NCBI GenBank assembly: GCA_964304625.1
Contig: OZ199839.1
Span: 449,970-513,969, forward strand
DNA length: 64,000 nt
Direction of reading: 5' to 3'
Source of the DNA: Kudoa neothunni
Lineage: Eukaryota; Animalia; Cnidaria
The notes beneath the pieces are model-generated. The model was not told where the DNA came from, did no database searches, and saw only the letters and a list, made by a program, of their open reading frames with translations. Both the position numbers and the translations under genes were made by a program. This document shows positions 1 through 12,699 of this stretch, in pieces. Numbering within the stretch: position 1 is the stretch's first letter; each line of letters starts with the position of its first letter.

Positions 1-763
1 TTAAAAATTTACCACGTAACTTTTTAAATTACCGAGGCAAAAATCGGTTGCGATATTTATAGACATTTTACATAGAATGAGTTCAATTCGTAAATTATTA
101 ATCTCAAAACGACGTTTAACTTTAACCCTTTTTTCAATGTAGTCAACTTTCATTCCGATACCTTATCAAAATTCTGAAAGGGATAGTTGTAAATTCTTTC
201 GCATATTCATTTTTTTAAAATTTTTATTGGTTTAAATGATGTGTGCTTTGGAACTCTATTATTTTACCAACATGTCAGTTGGTTTACATCTTAATATTAA
301 TTCGTTTTCTGATAATCCAAAATTTAACAGAGAAACTTGGATTTATATTGAAGCTGAATATCACCATGGTGAATAATATTTAGTTTTGACCATATTTAAT
401 TATTTATAGTGTACTGCTTCGTTCTTTTGGGCAGAAATATTTTATTAAACAGGTATTAAAAAATTCACTCTTTTTACAGCTTGTGAATAAGAGTTTCTGT
501 AGTTATAAATTCCTACTGCGCAATCGTACATGCTGTTGGGACAGGGCTTGGGGTTTGTATGGTAACCTTGAGTTCTCGGTGGTTTTTTCATTTTTTTACA
601 AAATCTTAGGTTTTTATTGAAAACCTGTAAACATTGGATAGTAACATGAAAATGTTGTGCTGCATTAATATTTATATTTTTAATAACGTATCCTATTCAG
701 ATTATATAATGTAGAGTTTAAACAATTACAATATTGAACGACAGCACATTGAATTGTTTAATG

Positions 764-1136
764 CAGGGGTCTCCAAACTTTTTTCGTCAACCCCCTGCGT
801 AGGTAATTTAGTTAATCATCGATCCTCTCCCAAGATGCTTTTAAAAATATAAATGTATTTTCAGTTTTTTACTGGAACAAATACAAATATTTTCAATATA
901 TATATATATCAGAAAAATTTTAGATATTTTTAAATTTACAAAGATATTTATAATCTAGTCATACCGCACAAAACAACTATATTAGCAAATTTACTACAAC
1001 AAATATAGTTTTCATCATAGATCATTCTCAATTGGCCTTGTTAGTTGGGTCGCCAGCATAAGATTATAGTTCCATACTTTTGCACAATATAAGTACAACG
1101 GTAGATTTTAAGATTAACTTATATCATATATAGAAA

Positions 1137-1168
<32 letters not shown>

Positions 1169-2318
1169 TCTTAGTCTTTACCTTAAGATAGTGTTCCGTT
1201 GCTTGAGGTCGCTTTGAGAGTTTTTGAAGTGTTCACAAGTGTTGAATCGAAGAGCGTAGATCATTATAATTATTTTCGTATTTTTTGTAATTTAGACTCA
1301 AATCAATTTTAAAATTAACACTTATTCCTCTTAATCAATTATAGACTATTGTTATTATTTTGTATACTGCTCAATTACAATCAATACCAGTGATCCTTTA
1401 AATTTAAGGAAAATATAACGCTAGTTTTTTATTAGCTGAAAAGTATGTCACCACGTAAATGAAAAATACTTAAATTACATAATTAGGAAAATTGAAGATT
1501 GATTTTAATCCGGAAATAAACAAATGTTAGTGGAATTTTTAATTAATGTTATTAAATAGTGTAGCATGGAGTAGAAAGGTAGGGGGAATTATCTTAAAAG
1601 CCCATAATATTCAGTTAGATCTCTATAACGCATATCGACTCCCTAGAACAATGTTTCCCAACGTAGGGCGTGAAAAAATTTTTGTGGGCATGGAAATTTT
1701 AAACGTTTAATGGAACTTTCTGGTGGGGCGCGGAAAATCCTGAGTATCAGTGTGACACGGATAATGATGAGAATTGGGCTGTATGACGTACTTTGATATC
1801 TCTTATTTTTAAGTGACGACCAACATCACAAAAAATACAAAAAGCAATAGCAAATAATATTAAAGTTAATAATAATATTTAACGTATCCTCCATCCGAAT
1901 AGAATCCGAATGGTTTGAGTCTCAATCTTGGCTCATTAGTATCAAATATCCCCCTTTTTAAATTAAACATGGTACAATATTGATTTATTCTGTATTTATT
2001 TTATTTATTTCCCGTCCATTAGCTTCGTACACACGAAAATCTTTATCAATGAAGGTTGGATTATCACGAGTTTCATTTGACTCTGTTTTTGGCGGAATGA
2101 AGAACCAAAAAGATTATAATCTAAAGTCCATAGGTGAATTTAGTCAGATCCAATCGAATACATTTTAATATTAATGTGAAAAGAAGTATATTATTAATTT
2201 CGTTCAAATTTTAATGGGATAGGGAGCATTATTCAATGCTATAAACAGTTTAAGTTAAAAAAAAAATCTTGCAAAACGCTGCCTTAGAAGCTATCATCGA
2301 CCACACTGGAGACCCCTG
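764..2318. mobile_element. non-autonomous hAT-type element (MITE-like)
   Basis: Terminal inverted repeats CAGGGGTCTCCA (764) and TGGAGACCCCTG (2318). Flanking 8-mers GTTTAATG/GTTTAACG form a TSD with 1 mismatch. A second hAT-like end (CAATGTTTCCCAAC) lies inside at ~1650. Confidence 0.75.
1140..1168. repeat. (AAT)n microsatellite
   Basis: About 9 consecutive AAT units. Confidence 0.9.
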
Positions 2319-2699
2319 GTTTAACGTGACACAATTACATAATTACTTAATAAACATTGTAGCACCTTATTAGAAAATCCAAATGTTATTTCAAAACACA
2401 TCTAATATCTTGAACTAAAGAGTAATTAATTGTGAGTATATTGATCTATATTAGACGTTAATTACATGTGAGTTTCCGCGCCACAAAATTGCAATAATAT
2501 GACGATAAATTTAAATTTAATATCTGAAGACATTATTATAGAACTAGAAGAAGCTTAAAAAACTTTAAAGGTGCGATTCTATTTTTTGTGTTATACTTTA
2601 AACTAGTGTTTTTCTCGACCTTAGGTTTCCCGAAAACTTCGCTGGCAGTCCCGGTTTGGGATTAAAAATTACCCTGCTAATAGCGTCTGCCTTTTTGTC

Positions 2700-3420
2700 A
2701 TTCGCGAGAAATGCCCAGAATTAGAGACCGCTTCTTTGAGAGTACCTCTAAGAGTTATAACAATTTGTGAGTCTCTCTTCATTCATTGAGTTTATTGCAA
2801 TTTTAATTCTATCAACCAAGCGTTTAGTTCCAAGAAAGGGTCCAATTCCCCGTACCTTAGACTTGATGAGGGATAACACATCCACACAAAAGTTAATAAT
2901 CGAAGATTTCCTAGGAAGACAAAAAATTTCATCCTCACATTTATCTTAGAATTCGTGATTAAAGTAACAGAATATTACGTTGCCCATCGGTACAAAAAAT
3001 CTCGATCTATCAATAATTCTAAAATTTCGTATAGAAATGCTAGGTACATTTTGGTATTTACCGAAGAGCGTATAACCTCACAGTGCATTAGACCAGTTTC
3101 ACTGACTGCTAGTATTATGGTAACTTTGTTACCACGATTATTCGGCAATGTTACATTCGGAGTTGTCCCCCTAATGATCTGCCATGCGCTCACAATACAT
3201 GCAATGAAAAAAGGCTTTCATCAACGAATACAAGATTTTCATACATTGTAGAAATTGAATGCTGTGTGTATTACTCAGCATAAATCTTAATCTCTCTGTC
3301 TCTCTTAATTTCCAGAGAGTCTTTTCTTAGGAGTATTGATCCAGTCAAATTAATGATTATATTCAACCCTTTTAGCCTACCATAAACAATTGCCGGGCAT
3401 ACTTTAACACTAAAGTTTTT
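2700..3420 (-). pseudogene. degenerate Tc1/IS630-superfamily DDE transposase fragment
   Basis: Minus strand reads VFVDESLF (DES first-Asp motif) followed by AWQIIRGTTPNVTLPNNRGNKVTIILAVSETGLMHCEVIRSSVNTKMYLAFL, typical of DDE_3 transposases. Broken by stops and frameshifts; boundaries approximate. Confidence 0.7.
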
Positions 3421-4262
3421 AATCATTGGAGAGATCAATGTGGTATCTGTTTTTACTGCTTAGACATTGCGTAACGTAATAAGCCAATACTAACCAGTAA
3501 AATTTCAGAAATTAGTTGGTACATATTCCGAAAATAGATGGAAATTTCTATACTAAACTCTCGTTACAAATAGAATTGTTTTTTTGCCGTTTTCATCGTT
3601 ACACTAGCACGTTAAGTTAGTATAGTCAAAGATCGAATTTTTAAACTTAGTAATAAAGTGTCGGAATTAACTTAAATAATTATTAATTATTTTTATCGTT
3701 GATGCTTACGTCATTGAGAAAGTCATGATTAAAATTAAATTCAGTTATTTCATTTGGCACTGCTACGTATATTCTTAATTGTTCGAAAACTTTGAGTACC
3801 TAATATGTCCTTCAAAAAATATTTTGCCATAGAGAACTTTGAATTATTTATAGTTATTAAAATTTAAAGTAGATTAAATTGGAGTTTGTTTAAAAAATAA
3901 AACTAACATAACTATATTTATGTATAATTTGAACAACTACGATGCAATTATTATGGAAACCCGCTATTTTTATTGAGAAGCCAGTCGTTGGATTGAAGAT
4001 GCGTTATTATTTATGTTTTTGTTATGGATTTAAAATAAATTTATATTAGAAAACTAAGTATCATTTGCGCGTACGATAATTTTTACGAAAAATAGCGGGC
4101 TTCCGGTACAGCAATTTGAAGATTAAAAATACGAAATGTGCAGACTTACTGAGCTTAAGAGAGATAAGAATATGAACACATTATATATATATATACAAAA
4201 ATAAATAATTCAATTTTAATAATATTATCAAATTAAATAATTATTTGTTGTCCAATAATCGC

Positions 4263-4915
4263 TCAAGGACCCCTTTTATGTCTATCTTTAATGAATTGTA
4301 GAAGTTTAGCATCTACATCAGAAATAACCCAGAGATAATCCACAAAAATTACCAAGCTTAGATTGAATTTCTTGTTGGGCAGAAATAATCTCTTCCGGAG
4401 TCATAGAATTAATAACATTGGTATTCTCGTAGGATATTTCACGCCTTAGTCGTTCGGAACAATCAAATGATTCGGGTTCGTTGTCCTCCATAAAACAACG
4501 ATAAATGCTTTTACCGCAATTCGATAATTGATATTTTTTATAATCCTATTAATAAATAGTAAAATTAAACTCAAAGAATCACTTCAATGATAATTGGTTT
4601 CAGGTTTTTGAGAGGGTGATCACGCGAATTAACATTTTTATTCAACGCTGGATAATTTTCTTTTATGTCCAAAACGAGATCTAAAAAATCTAAAATTTTA
4701 TTAAAGATCTATTACTACCACTAATATTGTCATATTTGTCGTGAATCAAATTTTTATCTTGATTTTTCAGTTGTTTAGCTAGAAATCAATTTTTATAAAA
4801 GAAAATTAATAAGTGGTCTACTTGATAAATTTTCCATTTTTTTGGAATCATAAAATTGTTTCTGTTGTTCCAAAAGATCTTCAAATGTTTCGTCGGGTTT
4901 GGCTCTATGCTTCAT
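4263..4915 (-). CDS. RPAP1: miniature RNA polymerase II-associated protein 1 (RPAP1/Rba50 N-terminal part only), 5 exons, about 160 aa
   Basis: Four GT-AG introns of ~40 nt splice in frame. Product: MKHRAKPDETFEDLLEQQKQF (cf. RPAP1 N-terminus [21 protein letters not shown]) ... EISYENTNVINSMTPEEIISAQQEIQSKLDAKLLQFIKDRHKRGP*, matching the RPAP1_N motif. Confidence 0.8.
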
Positions 4916-7900
4916 ATTGGCATCCCTAAATCTTCGGTAGCATTCGGATAAATGCAAATTTTTCTTGTTTTTTTACACAGCAAGAGAAAATTTTAGATCA
5001 ATATTAATTGCGTCATATAATATTTTAAATTAAAATCTCATAAAAAGGTTCAGTTATTTATGAAATAAAATTAAAATTTAATAGCAAATTATTACTATTA
5101 ATTTATAAGATACGTGGACAGTTGGATTAACTGATACAAATAATTTTATTCTTAGTGCGAAATTTTTTAATAATTTTTATCCAGATAAGTTAATATTTCG
5201 CCAACTGTGATGAAATGACGACGTTTGTATAAATCTAATAAATTAACATTGATTATACGCTTATTTGGTTTATTAAGGACTTTAAAATCATAATTTGATT
5301 CCTTCATCAGAATCAAATTAGTTTAATAGAAATAATATTAGTTTCCCAAGATATTCTTTCATATTCAAAAAATACGTTCTTGAAAAGTTTATTTTAATAA
5401 ACCTTAAACTTGTGGATAAATTGAGTTGATCCACCCCCTCTTAGTAAAAATTATATTTTTATTCCTTTGTTTTAAGTCAAAAAATTTTCTTCCTGCTCTG
5501 ATTAATATTATGATAGATTTTTTTCCCAATTTTAAGTAAAAATAAGTCATACGTAGAAATGCCTGGGAGGACGAAATTTAGGTAGGAATTAATTTATTCG
5601 ACTGTTTCGTTTAAATATAAAAAATTTTCGAATTACTGACGACGAAAAAGTCATGCATACTTACTATTACTAGATCTTAAATAACTGATTTCTAAATTAA
5701 TTCTCCCCATAATAAATTATTCAATTCCCAAATGATGTTTCGTTATTTTTTTTACCACTAAAAAAATGTTACGTTTTTAATTTCCAATTTTAATATTTAA
5801 CGGAATATGCGTAGAAATTAATATTTGACTAGTTTTTATTATTAGTTTATTTAGCAGTAAAATAATGTTGAAAAAATAACACGTTTTAATGTGAAATAGA
5901 GTAAAAGGAAAGCTTAAAAATTAATAAATAATGTTAAACTATTAGTTCTTATAATTTGATCTGCGAAAATTCCACACACCTTTTCTCCAGTGGTTGAGTC
6001 TACTGACTAAACACCCAATAAATCATTTATTGGAGCAACGATCAGACTTTATTGTTTAGTTTTGTCATTTTTTTCAACGGCATATCTTAATTTAAGGAGC
6101 ATATTCACATATAGGTAGCCGATTTTGAAAATAAGAAAAACATCTTTGACTCACAAGCACCATTTTGTTAATATTAACCCTTCTATAAAATAGTTTGAAA
6201 TCATCATTTATCGTCGTATAGATTATAGTTGACAAATAATATATACTTCCTTAAGCTATTCTAGTTTTTTAAGTAATTAACGAATTAACTGGGCAGAGGA
6301 ATCATTAATAACAATAAATGTAAATATATTTGAATAAAATACGACAAAATCAATAAAACCTACCTTATAAAATAAAACTTTAATCTTTCAATATTAATTA
6401 ATAAAATAGATTTCAAACCAAATCAATTTTATCATATGAAACTACAAATTTAATTAAAGTAAATTTTCACTGATATAAAAAACTTGTCTTTGTTTTAAAC
6501 AAGAGTAAAATTAAAAATTAGAAGTTACTTTAGTTAACATGAAATATGCCGAATATGGCCATTTCATTATTTAAAATAATAATCTTTCATTTTAAAAACC
6601 AAATCGCTTATCTTTGAAATAAAAAACATGGTTTCGTTGAATCATTTTTTCGTAAAAATTAACTAAGAATAAATAATTAGAGTGTAGTTGTTTGTAGAAA
6701 CACCTCTCGCAGTAAATATCAATAAAAATTATTTAAACTGAAAAAAGATATTAGAGCATACAAAATTAATTGTGTTGTAATTATTTATAGCAGAACAAAA
6801 AATTAATTTTTACTTAGAAACTATAAGTAGGATCTAGGAGAATAGAAAAGCTTTAAGCACATAAAAAATCATGTTTTTTATAGTATTATTGCGAAAAAAA
6901 GGGGAAACGAACATTTTTCATTTCCTGAATACGTATAGATTAGACATGCAAAAATTATTTTTAGTCAATCAGCAAATAGTGATTTATTAAAAATTTTCAA
7001 TTATCCGACAGTTATTTGTGGAGGAAACTATTTTTTTTTACATCAATCTCCGACTTATCTGCGAAAAAATCTTACCAAAATCATTATATAGAAAATGTGT
7101 TAACTTCGACCATTCATGATATGGGAGAGCCAACTACGAATTAATCAAATCCTATATAATTATTTGACTCATTCATTCCAAAAAATTAAATTTAACAGAA
7201 TATTTTCAATATTAGAAATGTAACTTGGATTATATATAGGGGATGCAGCCATCAATTAGTATAGATAAGGCTGGCATAGTTTAAAACGCAATTTAAGTTT
7301 TTTAAAATAAGGAAATATAGTTTTCTGTATCTATCCGTAACTTATGCACAATAATTCCACTGAATGCGTTAAAAAAATCCTTGCTATAACGAATCAGTCG
7401 ACGCAAAAGTTGTTGTAACTAATGTTTAACATAATAATTAAAATTTAAAAATTTGAATTAAAAAATGCCTAAAGATTTTTAATATTTACTTTTCTATTCA
7501 AGAAATGATAATTCATTTAAATCGTAATTATAATTTTTTAAATTTGTTTGGGTTAATTTGTGAGAGCAAAAGTATAAAAATAACGAATAAAATTATTTTA
7601 ATTCAAAAGTATGTTATTTTTCTCCAAATAATGTATTAATTTTAAATTATAAAAAGTAATTACATTAAAAATATAAAATAAAAAAGCACTTTGTTATACA
7701 TAAATATAAAAAAAATCTTACAATTAAATTTTTTCACGGATTAGTGAATGAAATATTAAAAACTGACGATATCCTCGAACAGTTATGCGATAATAATACA
7801 CAAAATGAGAACGGTGTACAACGAGAAATTAAAATTAATAAAAGTTTTAAATTATATATTCTTTTGATAGCATTAACTAATATTTTTGCATATCAATCAT

Positions 7901-8390
7901 AATAGTTATCTTAAAAAACATTTTGCATTTTCCAATTATTAACTATATTCTAAAAGTATTTCCTATTTTTCAAAGTAAACAGATCACCGATATTGATTAA
8001 TAAAAATGTTTCATTACATAATGGCTTCTGCAAAATGTGCAGAATAAACATATTATGGTGTATGGTTTCGTTAATCCATGTTGATTCAACACATGATTGA
8101 CCGGAATTATAAAATTTACTTTCACTTTTAAATTTGATGACTTGCATAAATATTCTAAATGTATATTTTAAAGACAACAAACAAAATTGAATTGAAAAAG
8201 TGGAGTTTTAGGGATTTTTCACTAATCTGCGTTCTTCTAAACTTGAGTTGTCGTGCAGCGAATCCTTTTAAATTAATGAGGTTTAATTCAAGAGATAAAT
8301 GTGAAAATTTGCAAATATTTAACCACCTAGATTGTAGTAATTCTTTACAAATTTCTCCATAAGGCGGCTAAGTAATTTTCAAAAATCCGC

Positions 8391-9440
8391 TATCAACTAT
8401 ATATCAACTATATATCAACTATATATATATATATCAGGGGTGGCCAGACATGCCCAGATCGGGAGCCAACTTTATGGTTGACCAGATTTTCAAGAGCCAC
8501 AAGGCATTAAAATCATTTATGTACCTTTTCCCTGTTTAAAACTTTCATTATTAGAGTATTTTTGGTAAATATTAAAATACAATATTGTAGAATTATAAAT
8601 ATAGAGTTTATAATTTGTTCTGATTCAGTGAATAGCTGGAAAACTTGCATATAATTTTTATAGGTCTAATTTATGATGGTTTTTCCAACAAAGTAAATTT
8701 GTAGTTATGATCCAAGAAACTTTTTTTTATGGAAAAGGTCGCAAAAATAAAATATTTTTCATATCTAATCATACATGATTAGATAAAAAATACATTAAAA
8801 ATTCACGAATAAAGTAATAACAAGGATTTAATGCTTTCAAAACATTTGTTTAGAAATTGTTTCTAATGTTACAAGTTTTTTATGTTTCCACATTATCAAT
8901 GAGCTGACGGTAATCCGGTTCGTACGCTGTTAACGCTGAACGAATTAGTTCCGTCTGGTGTTCGTTTGTGAGAAAGGGATCTGCGAAGCTTCTATATTAC
9001 AAACTTCATCGATAAATAAACTCACAACAATAAGTTATTCCAAAGATAGAAACAAATGATAGAAACAAGTTTGAGGCGAATTTCTTTAAACTTAGAATAT
9101 TTAGTTTCTAGAACGTATTTCCTAATGAAACTAGTAATAATTCTAAGTTGCATCAAATGTTAAAACTATATAGCGGTTTATAACTATGTTTTCTAATCAA
9201 AAATATTATCTAGTTTATGATTAAAAATTTCATTCCCTCAATTGATTAAACAATTTAAACTTTATGCTTTTATGAATTAACATGCAGGTTGAATTAAAAA
9301 AATTTTTTTTTTCAAGAGTCACATGTGGCTCGCGAGCCGTGGTTTGGCCACCCCTGATATATATAAAGCTGAAGTGTTTGTGTGTGTCAGCAAGTACGCA
9401 TGTGCTGTAATTTTTTCTCCATATAGAGAGACATTTAAGA
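8391..9440 (+). mobile_element. 5' part of a non-autonomous Helitron-like element, interrupted by the hAT
   Basis: TCAACTATATA...TATAAAGC, a GT microsatellite, then GTACGCAT and TATAGAGAGACAT, matching the 5' end of the element at 60739. The 3' end was not identified. Confidence 0.5.
8435..9356 (-). mobile_element. internally deleted hAT (Buster/SPIN/GTF2IRD2-like) element
   Basis: TIRs CAGGGGTGGCCA / TGGCCACCCCTG, flanked by ATATATAT on both sides. The minus strand retains dimerisation-domain remnants (SIFGITYCCE; TNEHQTELIRSALTAYEPDYRQL). Confidence 0.8.
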
Positions 9441-11403
9441 AATTTGTTAAGAATCATAAAGTTTCAAAAAATCATTAAATCGTTATCACACTTCCAAATG
9501 TCCCCAAAAGTGTTTAGAAAATGGTGATTTTGTCGATTCAAAGTTTATTTATCGGATTACTAAAATTCAACAATAGGATAAACACCTGCTTATGACCTGC
9601 TAATGGTCGGTTGAAGTTAACTTTTCTCCTTATATACTTTATAAAATTTAAATTAAGCGATATCATCTGACTTTTCATATAATGTTGGCGTTTCTAATTG
9701 GGTGTTTATACAAATACACTCCTTATTTGTGGAGTTTTAACGTATTTGACTTGATAAGTATATTTGAAAATTTCTATTAATGGTTTTAGACACGATAAAA
9801 AATTTATATATGTTTCATGAATAACGAATTGGTGGAGAACGTTAAAATTACATTGATTGAAGCATCATAATGGAAATACTGCGCCCATAGATTCCATTGA
9901 AATCGTCCGCTAAGTTTAACTTTCTGTGATTAAATTCAATGCAAGTGGTTGTACTTTTATTTCACCCAATTATTTAAATTAAATTATTTATGTTGAATTT
10001 GGCGCTATTTTTAGCAATATCAATTAGTTTTATACGTTTTCTCCTATCTCTATTGCTTTTTCTATTTATTTGTCTCCCGTAAGCAGTGGTGCACAAACTT
10101 TCTGAGCCGGTCCAGAATTCTACTTTGAAAAATCCCAGGATTTTATAAAATAACGTTTTATATATATCACACTTTAAGGGAATTTAAATAATTCGGGGAT
10201 GCAAATTAAATACGATATTGACGTTAAATTATTTAGTTTTGGAGCCGAGCCCCGAAATTTTTTAATGAACGCCGGGATTGGCACACCCCTTCACACCCCT
10301 TCACAGAAATGATCATAATTTAATTTCATATTCACAATCGTTAAAGTATAATGCTTAAAAAATTTTTGTTAGTTTGATTGAATCTATAGGTTAATCGGAA
10401 ATATTAATACCTTTTTTGAATGTTATTAAAAAAATTTTCAGTGCTTATTACTCCAAAGCAACGTTTGGAAGTTCCCGTTAGTATTTTTTTAAAAGAAAAT
10501 TACATAACAATAAAAACACTTTGGGTTTCATCAATTAAAAATACATATCAATACGTTTAAACAATTCAACACCTGCCGAAACTTTAATAGACAACAACTG
10601 GCCCAATTTTATATAACAATAGATTATACATCAATTGGGGGTGATATTGGAGCTGTTTAGTGTATTCTCCGAATATTATTCGCACGTAAAATTACATCAT
10701 CAATATTCAATATTGTATCAGGCTTAATAGATATTGATTACTGTTGCACCTGGGAATTCACCAGTGATTATCAAAATTATATCTAACAAGCAAAGCCACT
10801 TAATATAACTAAGATAAATGTTTTACAGGCACTCACATTAAATATTAAACTTAATCTTATTCCTGAATTTAGAATTTATATATCCCATTGATTAAAATAC
10901 CATAGATTTGTACTAAATTAAAATCATTCCATAATTTTTAATAATATCAATCGGTTGAATTTATTATCAGATAAAATTTGACACGACAATTATTCGTGAA
11001 ATCTTATGTAATCGTTTTATCCCCAACAAATCGATAAAATTTCAGCTGTACCCCACATCACACTCCAACTAATTATAGTCGCTATTTAAAAATTTTGTGC
11101 ATATTATAATCGACATTTCATAATTTTCGTGACAGCTTCGGTGATTTGTTGTGATATTGGTTTCTATGGTGATATTGTATTTGGCTTAGCATTAAAATTA
11201 ATGTAGAAAATTTTTAATCTACACAGCGTTTTATTATTATATTGATCATTCATCAATATTATCCCACGTCCGACATATAGCAAACAATTTAAGTGATGCG
11301 TTTTACGATGTTTTTCTCTAGATGTTCTCTAATTTTAATATGGTCGAGCAATTATCACCATAGCGACGATCCGTTTGTTATCTAATTATAAACCAAATTT
11401 AAG

Positions 11404-12537
11404 AATTAAATTACAACATTGGTAATGCTACAAGTGAGGCTATACATAGTTTGGGGGATAGTACTTTTTTCAACAGGAAAAGTATTTATAAGCACAGGTA
11501 CCGATTAGATATGCTGCCACCACATATAGATGATGGCAGATTTCACTTGGGTGGAATGTGAAGTGTTTAATGTTGGGATGATTATTTTCTGAGGTCATGT
11601 CATTTATGTATATGATCGAGTGGCCCAACAAAAACAAACTTCTAACTCATTTAATATTGTTTATTTATAGATACGGCTTTGGTTGATGATCCAGTTCTAA
11701 CAGCAGATAAAACGAATAATGGTATCCAAATTGAATTGCATTTTATGTATTATAATTAACACGGAAAACCCCACAGTTGACAGATCAAATCCCAATCAAC
11801 CTACACCTCCAGAAAACAATCCAAACCAAGACAATCCTCTATTTGATGACAACAATGACAATGTTGTCATGTTTGATGCGGATGAGGCCAAGACAACCAC
11901 ATCCATTACTGGTATAATACATCCAACTTTATTTATGTACCGATATCAATTGATTGAATTTTCTCAAAGTCACCACATCAGAAACTTTGCCAAAGACCGA
12001 TAATACAACCTCTAGCGAGTCTATTGCAAGCAGCCCAATAACAAGTAATAATTATTTATTTTAACATCTCATCTAATTTATATAGCTCACAGTCCAACCG
12101 AGAGTTCTACAGAAGGTATGATATTATATTGGGTTAATAGGGTGGTGATGGTTGAATAAATAATTTTCGTGTATACAGATGAAACCACAACACCGTCAAC
12201 CAATAGCGCAAGCAGTGACGCATCCAATAACACAACCAAAAGTACATCCAATAACACAACCAACAATACATCCAATAACACAACAGAAACTATCTCTGTA
12301 ACAACAACAACAGTAGATATCGGCAACAATACAACCACTTCGCCTCAACTTTCGCCCAGGGTAAAGAAAATTATTCTTGGTACACTCATTGGTAGTTTTG
12401 GTTTTGTACTTGTGGCCACTTGGATTTTTGTGTGGTCATTCAAGAGAAGACGTGCATACACTCCTATCAATACTAGAGATGGTCGTTACGGAGATATTGA
12501 CGATGAAGAAAATATTGTTCGACCCAGCCCTAAATAG
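11404..12537 (+). CDS. type I membrane sialomucin-like protein (Thr/Ser/Asn-rich stalk, TM helix, short tail); 5' exons unresolved
   Basis: Successive phase-1 GT-AG introns join exons at ~11671, ~11777, ~11970, ~12086 and ~12179. TM helix IILGTLIGSFGFVLVATWIFVWSF, then KRRR stop-transfer and tail AYTPI..YGDIDDEE. The start codon and signal peptide could not be placed. Confidence 0.65.
12220..12291 (+). repeat. 24-nt coding tandem repeat x3 (SNNTT units)
   Basis: CATCCAATAACACAAC recurs three times at 24-nt spacing. Confidence 0.85.
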
Positions 12538-12699
12538 ACTATTGTGTTAATTACTACCAATAATACACAGTTGATTCTTAACTGCCAATGTTTGATCGTT
12601 ATTCTTTGTGGTTGATTTTTATCCTAATTTAACCGTGTATATTAATGGATATGGTGGCCTTAAAGTTAGATTAACTTTCTAAGTAACAATTAATCAGAA

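Noticed and set aside
5000-8400. Long AT-rich intergenic tract
   Set aside because: No credible ORF, terminal repeat or RNA structure could be supported by eye.
9680-11400. Second integrin beta paralogue upstream of the mucin gene
   Set aside because: Only isolated look-alike peptides (CDIGF); no colinear domain series or consistent frame.
12220-12291. Regularly spaced 16-nt repeats as a CRISPR-like array
   Set aside because: An in-frame coding repeat in a eukaryotic exon; spacers are only 8 nt and there are no cas genes.
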